Shown in pieces: positions 12,130 to 23,600 of a stretch of 64,000 nt of DNA (its first letter is position 1; every line of letters starts with the position of its first letter). Location of the stretch: contig VJWM01000011.1 of NCBI GenBank assembly GCA_010909165.1, positions 1,426,001 through 1,490,000 of the forward strand, in the 5' to 3' direction. A program made the position numbers and the translations under genes. The DNA comes from Anthoceros angustus. Lineage: Eukaryota; Plantae; Anthocerotophyta. The notes under the pieces were generated by a model. That model had not been told where the DNA came from, searched no databases, and saw only the letters and a program-made list of their open reading frames with translations.

Positions 12130-15050
12130 CTTCTCACCCATGGATATACATGACAGCTCCTCCCAAGGAAAACAAAGCTTTGTTCTCAAATCCCAAGCAC
12201 CTCTAGTTCATTTTCTATTGCTTAGGCTTGGAGCAGATTGTGGAGGAGTCCCGTGATAAGCCTTGAGAAGTGACACATGAAACGCTGGATGTAACTTTAA
12301 GTTAGAACCCAAGGGAAGAGCAAGTTCATAGGCAGTGTGTCCGATACAACGAAGAATTTTGTATGGACAAAGATTTTGTATGGCCATCAATCAATTTTGT
12401 ATGGCCACAAGTCTGCAGATGGAATGTTGTGGACAAGCAAAGCTAATTAGTACGGAGTGTAGTCTGCAGTGTTGTCCAGTATGAATCGAGGCGTAAAACA
12501 GATATCCTGATCAGTCAACAATGAGCTGGGCAGTCCATGATACCTATAGACTATCTTGAGAAAGAGGTTGACCACATTCTCCACCGTACAAGTCTAAATT
12601 CTTCTTCTTCTTCTTCTCCACCGTACAAATCTTTCGATTTGAAGTAGTATCACCTACCGTGTCAACTAGTTAGTAAATACCAAGAGTGTATCATGTCTTG
12701 TGGCAGTCAATGGAAGACCCATGATGAAGACCTGATCCCATGGTAGCGCCGGAATTGGCAACGGTTGTAGTAGGCCAGTTGGTTTCTGTCTGTTGGCCTT
12801 GATTCGCTGACAGCAAGTGCATAATAAGTTGACGCAGTTTTGGACAACCCCGCCGATTGTGTTCTAAAAAAACATTCGCTGCACCTTTTGTATCGTCCGA
12901 AGGATGCCTTGGTGAGAAGTAGATATAGCATTGTGAGCTTCAGATATGATAGCATGCTGGATCTGTGGTTAAAAAGTCTACCTTCATACCATAACATGTA
13001 GACATCAACCTGTGTCCACTTGCTGACTGCTGCTGCAATATCCTGAATAGCTACCTGTGCTATTGGGTCCATTTGCATTTAACGATGTTAGATGCTTGCC
13101 TCGCTATGCCTACAACCAAGTTCTGTCTCCCATTCACATACCTCATAGTGTACTGGTATGTTGCAGGAGCTCCAACCACTAGCTAGTCTGATTTCGCAAG
13201 AGTGTTGACTGAGTCTGCAAATAAACCATAGGGCAGTGGTCGGTTTCAAGTTCGAATTGAGAGCCCTCCAGAATAAAGCACCGCCAGTGCTTTAAGGGCC
13301 AAACTTGTGTGAGTGTTTCCTTCTCACCCATGGATATACATGACAGCTCCTCCCAAGGAAAACAAAGCTTTGTTCTCAAATCCCAAGCACCTCTAGTTCA
13401 TTTTCTATTGCTTAGGCTTGGAGGCATTGTGGAGGAGTCCGTGATAAGCCTTGAGAAGTGACACATGAACGCTGGATGTAACTTTAAGTTAGAACCCAAG
13501 GAAGAGCAAGTTCATAGGCGTGTCCGATACAACGAAGAATTTTGTATGGACAAAGATTTTGTATGGCCATCAATCAATTTTGTATGGCCACAAGTCTCAG
13601 ATGGAATGTTGTGGACAAGCAAAGCTAATTAGTCGGAGGTAGTCTGCGGTTGTCCAAGATGAATCGAGGCGAAATGATATCTGATCACCAACAATGAGTC
13701 AAGTCCATGATACCTATAGACTATCTTGAGAAAGAGGTTGACCACATTCTCCACCGTACAAGTCTAAATTCTTCTTCTTCTTCTTCTCCACCGTACAAAT
13801 CTTTCGATTTGGGGCGAGTATCACCTACCGTGTCAACTAGTTAGTAAATACCAAGAGTGTATCATGTCTTGTGGCAGTCAATGGAAGACCCATGATGAAG
13901 ACCTGATCCCATGGTAGCGCCTTGAATTGTAGTAGGCCGCTTGGTTTCGTCATCTGGCCTTGATTCGATGAAGTGCATAATAAGTTGACGCAGCTTTTGG
14001 ACAACCCCACCGATTGTGTTCTAAAAACATTCGCTGCACCTTTTGTATCGTCCGAAGGATGCCTTGGTGAGAAGTAGATATAGCATTGTGAGCTTCAGAT
14101 ATGATAGCATGCTGGATCTGTGGTTAAAAAGTCTACCTTCATACCATAACATGTAGACATCAACCTGTGTCCACTTGCTGACTGCTGCTGCAATATCCTG
14201 AATAGCTACCTGTGCTATTGGGTCCATTTGCATTTAACGATGTTAGCTGATGCAGTTGTGCCCTGCTAAGGGCGTCTACAACCAAGTTCTGTCTCCCATT
14301 CACATACCTCATAGTGTACTGGTATGTTGCAGGAGCTCCAACCACTAGCTAGTCTGATTTCGCAAGAGTGTTGACTGAGTCTGCAAATAAACCATAGGGC
14401 AGTGGTCGGTTTCAAGTTCGAATTGAGAGCCCTCCAGAGTAAAGCACCGCCAGGGCTTTAAGGGCCAAACTTGTGTGAGTGTTTCCTTCTCACCTGTTGG
14501 CCAATTCAGCCCAGCATGCTTGAGCTTTTAAGAATAGTACGCAATGGGCTGTTGTCTTTCCTAAAAGTCTTGTCGCAACACAATTCGCACGACCAAGTCG
14601 ATGCATTTGTTGTGACAATGAACGTTCTGTCAGCATCGTGGTAAGACAATTAACTAGAGGTGAGGCAACTTGTTGAGGGCTAGCCTAGGTCCAGGTTGCT
14701 TCATGCTGTAGCTGTTGCGACATTAGTGGTGCACGTCGGTGAGCAAAGTTGCAATCAAACTTATGGTAATAAGATGCTAGCTCCACAAAGCTATGTAACT
14801 TGGAGATACCTAGACAGGGACAGGCCACTGTTGTATTACTTGAACCTTAGCAGGGTCTAGTTGGATGCGTCAATAACATGTCCAAGATATTCCAGTTGGT
14901 TTTGCAGAAACTTACATTCAAAAGCATGGACGTAGAGTTTAACAATCTAGGGATATTGTATTAAATATTGGCACAAGGGTATTCCTTCTAGGCTTTATTT
15001 TCAAGATCTTTAGAATGATCTACCATGATCTAATATACCCCAAATATATT
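12130..15050 (-). mobile_element. Ty3/gypsy pol remnant (end of RT, RNase H, integrase), containing a ~1.19-kb tandem duplication
   Basis: Minus strand: LEYLGHVI..DPAKVQVIQQWPVP, FIVTT, QPIAYYS, ELETDHCPMVYLQTQ, YVNGRQNLVVDALSR, EAHNAISTSHQGILRTIQKVQRMFF (integrase H2C2), IGHTAYELALP...LHPAFHVSLLKAY. 12131-13325 is repeated at about 13321-14494. Confidence 0.88.
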
Positions 15051-15096
15051 TGAGCTGCTTATTTTGTTCTTTGCTTAATGAGAGATGTGCTAAATG

Positions 15097-15410
15097 CTTC
15101 TTAGGCCAAATGGACACACATCTATACAAACGCCGTTATTAAGCATCCGGTGCTTAGATCGATACTTAGATAGGGTGCCTAAAGGGAGTGGATGCTCTTA
15201 GTGCAAGTAGCTTAGGCACACCATGGTACAAGTATCAAGTATACAAACGCCGTTATTAAGCATCCTGTGCTTAGATCGATACTTAGATGGGGTGCCTAAA
15301 GGGAGTGGATGCTCTTAGTGCAAGTAGCTTAGGCACACCATGGTACAAGTATAAGTGCCATGACGGAAGTTCTCTGTGGACTATAATAGAAGTCTCCTTT
15401 CCTTCTTCTT
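15097..15410. repeat. Dispersed non-coding element, copy 1, with an internal 117-bp tandem duplication
   Basis: CTTAGG(C/T)CAAATGGACAC...TTAAGCATCC...GGGTGCCT(A/G)AAGGGAGTGGATGC...GCAAGTAGCTT..GGCACACCATGGTACAAGT is shared with 24693-24905. The internal unit repeats at 15124 and 15241. Confidence 0.8.
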
Positions 15411-15548
15411 TCATTTAACCGAAGAGAGGTGCGGGTCAGTGGCCAGGTAGTGTAACCGAAGGGAGTTGTGGGTCAGTGTATTTCATGTCCAGGTAGTGTA
15501 GTGGCGTGTGCCCGATACATTCATATTCTCAGCTCATGCACCGAGCAA

Positions 15549-18500
15549 ATGGGCGTCTGGATTGGGTCGGGCAAAGGGCAGCAGGAGCCAGTGCTGGGAC
15601 AGTTATCGTTGCGCGAGCGAATTGGTGGGTTAAGACGTAGACTACCAAGGTCTCCTGCCCAATTGAATTCAAAGAGGCCACGGTTGAGAAACAAGCAGTC
15701 TGGGACGTGCTCATTAGCAGCAAAGCCAGCTCGTGGAAGAGGATATGTTGCTGCAGATGGCCCTTCCAGCGAGGGTCGACGGCAGGAGCTCTTGTGGCGA
15801 CAATTCTTTCGGGACCCCACGCTTTGGTGGGACAGCAGGCAAGATAAGCAGAGCGACCGTTGGCCTAACTTCCGGCACAAAGAGTCCCAGGAGGTCCTCT
15901 GGTTGAACAGCTTCTCCAAGCCGGGTTGGGTGGATGCCCAGCTTGCTGCTCTGGATGTGGAGGTGTCGGGTGATCCTGGCCCTCGCAGGCCTGCAGGATA
16001 CGAAGTGGGCGTGACTGCTGCATCCGTGGCCGAGCTGTGTGGTGAGGGCGACCTCGCTGAGGCTGTTGAGGCTCTGGGAGTTCTGGTGCAGGCAGACTGT
16101 CCTGTTGCCAAATCTCTGTTTTATACTGTCTTGAAGAAATGTGTGGCGAAGAGGAATCTTGTTCTGGGTCGCCACGTCCATGCCTTGATGGTGAGAAGAG
16201 GGTACCAGTCGGACACGTTCCTGTGCAACCACATTCTAAGAATGTATGCCTCGCATGGCACGTTGCAGGACGCAATGGATGTGTTCTCCATGGTTGCCGA
16301 ACCAGATGCCTTCTTGTGGTCTTCCATAATTTCTGCGCATGTGAAACACGGACAAGACAAGCAGGCCGTAGACCTGTATCAGCGGATGCGCAGGTCAAGT
16401 GCGAGGGCAGATGGGCATGTGTTTGTGGCAGCTCTTCAGGCTTGTGCAAGGGGGTCTGACTTGAAAGCTGGGCAGCAGGTGCATGCTGATGTGTTGGCTA
16501 GTGGCACTCAGCTTGATTTGTTTGTCTCTAGCTGCTTGGTGGACATGTATGCCAAGTGTGGCAGCTTGGAGGATGCTCAGAAAGTGTTTGACGGACTTGG
16601 GCAGAAAGATGTGGTGACATGGACTGCTCTGATTGCAGGGTATTCCCAGCAGGGCAGGGGTCAGGAAGCCCTTTCTCTTTACAGGGCTATGCAAGAAGAA
16701 GGCATCGCGGTACCCAATGCTGTGACATTCCTCTGCCTCCTACAGGCATGTGCCAGTGTGGGCTCTCCAGCTTTGGAGATGGGGAAGCAGCTCCACGCAC
16801 AAGTCAGAGAACGAGGACACCAGGCCGATGAGTTTGTAGGTAGCGGGTTGGTGAACATGTATGCAAAGTGTGGCAGCTTAGAAGAAGCACAAAGAGTCTT
16901 TGACGGTCTTGTGCAAAAGGATGTGGTGACGTGGAATGCTATGATTGCGGGGTACTCCCAGCAGGGCATGGGCCAAGAAGCCCTAAGTGTTTACAGTTGT
17001 ATGCAAGAAGAAGGGATCGCTGTACCCGATTCTGTCACATTTGTGTGCGTGCTACAGGCATGTGCCAGTGTGGGCAACCCAGCTTTGAAGATGGGAAAGC
17101 AGCTTCATGTCCAACTTAGAGAGCAAGGACATCAAGCTGATGCCTTTGTAGCCAACAGTTTGGTAAACATGTATGCAAAGTGTGGCAGCCTAGAGGATGC
17201 TCGAAGAGTGTTTGACGGTCTTGGTCAAAAAGATGTGGTGACGTGGACGGCCCTGATCGCAGGATATTCCCAGAAGGGCATGGGCCAAGTAGCCCTTCAC
17301 CTCTACAGTGTTATGCAACAAGAAGGTATCGCTGTGCCCAATCCTGTGACATTTGTTTGCCTTCTGCAAGCATGTGCTAGTGTGGGCACACCAGCTTTGG
17401 AGATGGGAAAGCAGCTTCACGGGCAGATTGTAGAGGGAGGGCATGAAGGTGACGTGTTTGTGGCCAACAGTTTGGTATACATGTATGCGAAATGTGGCAG
17501 CCTTGAGGATGCCCAAAGACTGTTTGATGGACTTGGTCAAAAAGATGTGGTGACGTGGACTGCCATGATCGCAGGATATTCCCAGCAGGGCATGGCCAAA
17601 GAAGCCCTTCATCTATACACAGCTGTGCAAGAAGAGCGGATCAATGCAACCAACTCCATGACTTTTGTGTGCCTCCTGCAGGCATGTGCAAGCATGGGCA
17701 CCCTAGCGTTGGAGAAAGGGAGAGAACTTCATGCACAGATTAGAGAACAAGGTTTTCAAGCTGATGTGTTTGTAGGAAGCAGTTTGGTCAACATGTATGC
17801 AAAGTGTGGCAGCTTGGAAGAAGCTCAAACGGTGTTTGATGGACTTGGCCAAAAGATGTGGTTACGTGGAATGCCATGATATCGGGTATTCCAGCAGGGC
17901 ATGGGCCAGGAAGCCCTTCTTCTTTACGGTAGTATGCAAGCAGAAGGAATCACCTCACCCAATTGTGTGACATTTGTGTGCCTTCTTCAGGCATGTGCCA
18001 GTGTGGCAGCCCAGCTTTAGAAGTGGGAAGCAGATGCATGCTCAAATCAAAGAACGAGGACATCAAGATGGCATGTTTGTAGCCAGTAGTTTGGTCAACA
18101 TGTATGCCAAGTGTGGCAGCTTGGAAGATGCACACAGACTATTTGACGGACTTGCTCAAAGACATCGTGACATGGAATGTCATGATAGCAGGGTATTCCC
18201 AGCAGGGCATGGCCAAGAAGCCCTTCATCTATACACAGCTGTGCAAGAAGAGCGGATCAATGCAACCAACTCCATGACTTTTGTGTGCCTCCTGCAGGCA
18301 TGTGCAAGCATGGGCACCCTAGCGTTGGAGAAAGGGAGAGAACTTCATGCACAGATTAGAGAACAAGGTTTTCAAGCTGATGTGTTTGTAGGAAGCAGTT
18401 TGGTCAACATGTATGCAAAGTGTGGCAGCTTGGAAGAAGCTCAAACGGTGTTTGATGGACTTGGCCAAAAAGATGTGGTTACGTGGAATGCCATGATATC

Positions 18501-20376
18501 GGGGTATTCCCAGCAGGGCATGGGCCAGGAAGCCCTTCTTCTTTACGGTAGTATGCAAGCAGAAGGAATCACCTCACCCAATTGTGTGACATTTGTGTGC
18601 CTTCTTCAGGCATGTGCCAGTGTGGGCAGCCCAGCTTTAGAAGTGGGGAAGCAGATGCATGCTCAAATCAAAGAACGAGGACATCAAGATGGCATGTTTG
18701 TAGCCAGTAGTTTGGTCAACATGTATGCCAAGTGTGGCAGCTTGGAAGATGCACACAGACTATTTGACGGACTTGCTCAAAAAGACATCGTGACATGGAA
18801 TGTCATGATAGCAGGGTATTCCCAGCAGGGCATGGGCCAAGAAGCCCTTCATGTCTACAGTGTTATGCAAGAAGAGAGCATGGCTGTACCCAATTCTGTG
18901 ACATATGTGTGCCTCCTGCAGGCATGTGCTAGTGTTGGCACCCGAGCTCTGGAGAAGGGTAAGCAGCTTCATTCAGAAATCCGAGAAGGAGGTCATGAAA
19001 CTGATGTCTTTGTAGCCAACAGTTTGGTGAACATGTATGCGAAGTGTGGCAGCCTGGAAAGTGCTCACAGAGTGTTTGCGGGGCTTAGTAAAAAGGATGT
19101 GGTTACATGGAATGCCATGATAGCAGGGTATTCCCAGCAGGGAATGGGCCAGGAGGCTCTGTCTCTCTACAGCTCTATGCAAGAGCATGGCGTAGCAGTA
19201 CCTGACTCTGTAACATTTGTGTGCCTACTTCAGGCATGTGCCAGCATAGGCACCTCAGCATTGGAAAAGGGGAGGCAGCTTCACGCGCAGATAAGAGAAC
19301 AAGGACACCAAGCTGATGTATTTGTAGCCAGCAGCCTGGTGAACATGTATGCTAAGTGTGGCAGCCTAGAGGATGCTCAGAGAGTGTTTGACGGACTGGG
19401 GGAGAAAAATGTTGTGACATGGAATGCCATGATAGCAGGATATTCCCAGCAAGGGATGGGCCAGGAAGCCCTTCGTATGTATGGTGCTATGCAAGAGGAA
19501 GGCATGGCTGTTTCAAACGCCGTCACGTTCGTGTGCCTGCTGCAGGCTTGTGCAAATGTGGCAGCGTTGAACCTGGGACGACAGCTACATTCACAGATCG
19601 TAGAACAAGGGCTTCAAGCTGATGTGTTTGTAGGTGGCAGTCTGATCAATATGTATGGCAAGTGTGGGAGCATGTCTGAGGCGCAGCAAGTGTTCGATGC
19701 ATTATCCAAACCAGATGTCGTCGCCTGGAGTGCTCTGATTGCAGGCTACACCTCTCAGGGAGACAGTGAAGTAGTCTTTGACTTGGTCCAGAGAATGAGA
19801 TATGATGGCGTGTGGCCTGTCGGGATCACATTCCTCAGTGTACTAACAGTGTGCAGTCACGCAGGTCTTGTAAACAAGGGGAGAGGGTACTTCGATTCTA
19901 TGACCAGAGAGTATGGCATCAGCCCCACTGTGGAGCACTACACATGCATGGTGGATCTCCTAGGCCGGACAGGCCTGGTGGATGAGGCACTGGCTTTGGT
20001 GAGCACTATGCCTGTACTGCCTAGTGCTGCACTTTGGCACACTCTGTTGGGTGCCTGTCAAAAGTGGAGTGACGTGGCGGTGGGACGACATGCTTTCGAC
20101 GAAGCCGTGAAGCTGGACAACAAGGATCCTGCAGCGTATGTATTGATGGCAAACATATACACCGGTGCTCAGATGTGGGAGCGGGCAAGGGAGATGCAGG
20201 CCATGAGAAGGAGAATCAGGGCTCGGAAGCAGGCCGGTCAGAGCTGGTGGGCAGACGACGAAGGTATCGTGCATAGTTTTTTGGTAGCCGATAGAAGAAT
20301 TGTGATAAGTAACGATGTTATAATACAACAGACATTACAATCCGTAATAGTTCTAAGAGACCATTCCTCCGTCTGA
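15549..20376 (+). CDS. PLS-class PPR protein 1: N-terminal PDF motif, ~32 PPR motifs, E1/E2 and a WW-type PG-box region, no intact deaminase. Split in this assembly by a faulty 616-bp duplication (17601-18216)
   Basis: ORFs 15468..17879 and 17974..20376 carry repeating P (DVVTWNAMIAGYSQQG), L (NSVTFVCLLQAC) and S (DVFVASSLVNMYAKCGSLEDA) motifs, then P2-L2-S2 (HYTCMVDLLGRTG), E1-E2 and KQAGQSWWADDEGIVHSFLVADR. Joining 15549-17600 to 18217-20376 gives one in-frame 1403-aa ORF. The start codon is uncertain. Confidence 0.93.
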
Positions 20377-20638
20377 GATCTGTTCATGGCTGTGCTTGAC
20401 GATCCCAATATGAAGGGGCAGTCTTACAAGAACTTTCCCTCGCGCCCGGCTTTCGAGCATCGGTCGTGGACTCCATGGGTGGCAGCATTTCCCAACGGTG
20501 AGGCGTTTTCAATGCAAACGAGTTCAGACCTCACAGATAGAAGGCAAAATAGCCGAAAGGACTAGGAGCTATGAGCACAAGGTGCTGCAGCATTGGCATC
20601 ATAGCCGGCAAGATCATCCGGAGCCCTGGAGTCCTTAA

Positions 20639-23600
20639 ATGCACATTTCCATGGCTGCCTGGAGTGTTGCAAGACAGGACCCGTTGTGGGATCAGGCTTC
20701 GTGGACCCGACGACGTCATCGGTTTACAGCTACCGTAGGAAGGGCTCCCGCTCATCTGGCTTTATGGAGCCAAGCTTCGGGAAACAACCAAGGTGCATGC
20801 TGCTGCACTAAGACACCCAGTCCAAGAGGATGTTTGTCTGGACACGAATCTTCCAGCGAGGGTGGTTGCCAGGAGCTCTTATGTCTAGATTCACAGATGC
20901 TCGTGCTGAATGGTTTCGTGAAGCCAGGTTTGGGGGATGGGAAGCTTGTTGCCCCTGCTCGTGATGTAGAGATGGGCCATCGTGCCTCTAAATTCAAATG
21001 GAGCTTGGCGGAGGATCCTGATCCTCGCAGGCCTGCAGGATACGAAAGGAGTGTGACGGCTGAATCCGTGAGCAGGCTGTGTCGTGAGGGTTACCTCGCT
21101 GAGGCTGTTGAGGCTTTGGGAGTGCTGGTGCAGACAGAGTGTTTTATTAACACAGCTCTTTTCTATACTGTCCTGAAGGAGTGTGTGTTGAAGAAAGATC
21201 TTATTCCGGGTCGCCGCCTCCATGCTTTGATGGTGAAAAAGGGGTACCAGTCGGATACGTTCCTGTGCAACCACATACTGCGGATGTATACTTCGCATGG
21301 TAGGTTGCAAGACGCGATGGATGTGTTCACCATGGTTGCCGAACCAAATGCCTTTATGTGGTCTTCCATAATTTCTGCGCATGTTAAAGATGGAAAAGAC
21401 AAGCAGGCCATAGAACTGTATCATGAGATGCGCAGGTCAAGTGTCGAGCCGGATGGGCATGTGTTTGTGGCAGCCCTTCAGGCTTGTGCAAGGGGATTAG
21501 ACTTGGAAACCGGCAAGCAGGTGCATGCTGATGTGTTGGCCGTTGGGGCGGAGCCTCACTTGTTTGTCTGGAATAGCTTGGTAGACATGTATGCAAAATG
21601 TGGCAGCTTGGAAAACGCTCAAAGAGTGTTTGATGGACTTGGTCAAAAAGATGTGGTGACGTGGACTGCCCTAATTGCAGGGTATTCTCAGCAGGGCATG
21701 GTCCAGGAAGCCTTTCGCCTCTACAGTACAATGGAAGCAGAAGGCATCGCTGTACCAAATGCTGTAACGTTTGTGTCTCTCCTGCAAGCATGTGCAAATG
21801 TAGGCAGCCCAGCTTTGGAGAAGGGGAAGGAGCTTCATGCGCAAACTAGGGAACGAGGATATCAGGCTGATGTGTTTGTGGCAAACAGTTTGGTAAACAT
21901 GTATGCAAAGTGTGGGAGCATGGACGATGCTCAGAGAATGTTTGACGGCCTTGTTCGAAAAGATGTGGTGACATGGACTGCTCTAATTGCAGGGTATTCC
22001 CAGCATGGAAGGTGCCAAGAAGCCCTTGACCTCTATGGTATTATGCAAGAAGAAGGCGTTGCTATACCCAATTCCGTGACGTTTGTCTCCCTCTTGCAGG
22101 CTTGCGCTGGAGTGGGTCCCCCTGCATTGGAGAAGGGGAAGCTGCTTCATACACAGATTCAAGGAGAAGGACTCGAAACTGATATGCTCGTAGCCAATGG
22201 TTTGGTGAACATGTATTCAAAGTGTGGTAGCTTGGAAGACTGTCGAGCAGTATTTGATGCACTCGAGACAAAAGATGTGGTGACGTGGAATACCATGATA
22301 TCTCTGTATTCCCAGCAGGGCAAGGGCCAAGAAGCGCTTCATCTTTACAGCGCTATGCAAGAAGATGGCAAGGCAGTGCCGGATATTGTGACATTTCTGT
22401 CCCTACTGCAGGCATGTGGAATTGTGGGATCCCCAGCTTTGGACAAGGGAAAGCAGCTTGATGTGCAGATCAGAGAACGAGGCCATCAAGGTGATGTGTT
22501 TATAGGCAGCAGTTTGGTAAGCATGTATGCGAAGTGTGGCAGCTTACAGGATGCTCAGAGAGTGTTCCATGGGCTTGGTGAAAAAAATGTGGTGACTTGG
22601 AATGCCATGATAGCAGGGTATTCCCAACAGGGCATGGGCCAGGACGCCCTTCAGGTGTACAGTGCTATGCAAGAAGATGGCATGGCAGTACCAAGTGCTG
22701 TGACGTTTGTGTGCCTCCTGCAGGCGTGTGCAAGTGTGGGCAGCCCAGCGTTGGAGAAGGGGAAGCAGCTTCATTTGCAAATCAGACAGCAAGGGTTTGA
22801 AGGTAGTGTGGTTGTTGGCAACAGTTTGGTGAACATGTATGCCAAGTGTGGCAGCCTTGCAGACGCTCAGGATGTATTTGATGGACTTTGTGAAAAGAAC
22901 GTGGTGTCATGGAATGCCATGATAGCAGGTTATTCCCAGCAGAACATGGGGCAGGAAGCCTTTGGTCTCTACAGTACCATGCAACAAGATGGCAGCGTAG
23001 CACCGGATTCTGTAACATTCACGTGCCTCCTGCAGGCATGTGCAAGCATGGGCAGCCCAGCTTTGGAGAAGGGTAAGCAGCTTCATGAACAGATTAGAGT
23101 AGGAGGACATGACGATGATGTGTTTGTAGCCAGCAGCTTGGTAAACATGTATGCAAAGTGTGGCTACCTGGAGGGTGCCCAGAGAGTGTTTGACGGTCTC
23201 GGTCACAAGAATGTGGTGACATGGAATGCCATGATAGCAGGGTATTCCCAGCAGGGCATGGGCCAGGAAGCCCTTAGTGTCTACAGTGCTATGCAAGAAG
23301 GTGGTATTGCTGTATCGAATTCCGTGACGTTTATGTGCCTCCTGCAGGCATGTGCGAATGTGGCAGCGTTGGATCTTGGAAGGCAATTGCATGCAGAGGT
23401 TCAACAACAAGGGCTTGAGGCTGATGTGTTCGTTGGTGGCAGCCTAATAAACATGTATGGCAAGTGTGGGAGCATGGTTGATGCACAGGAGGTGTTTGAT
23501 GGGTTGTCTGAAAGGGACGTCGTCTCCTGGAGTGCACTGATTGCAGGCTACACCTATCAGGGAGACAGTGAAGTGGTCTTTGACTTGGTTCAGCGCATGA

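Noticed and set aside
15468-20376. Two separate PPR genes, or programmed frameshifting, as the ORF track might suggest
   Set aside because: The break is explained by homopolymer deletions in a duplicated 616-bp block; removing the block gives one ORF.
20386-20565. Short ORF MAVLDDPNMKGQSYKNFPSRPAFEHRSWTPWV as a second PDF-like motif or a snoRNA
   Set aside because: The resemblance is weak (no WWD, wrong spacing) and I found no clear box C/D or H/ACA pair. Its start is better explained as eroded DYW sequence.
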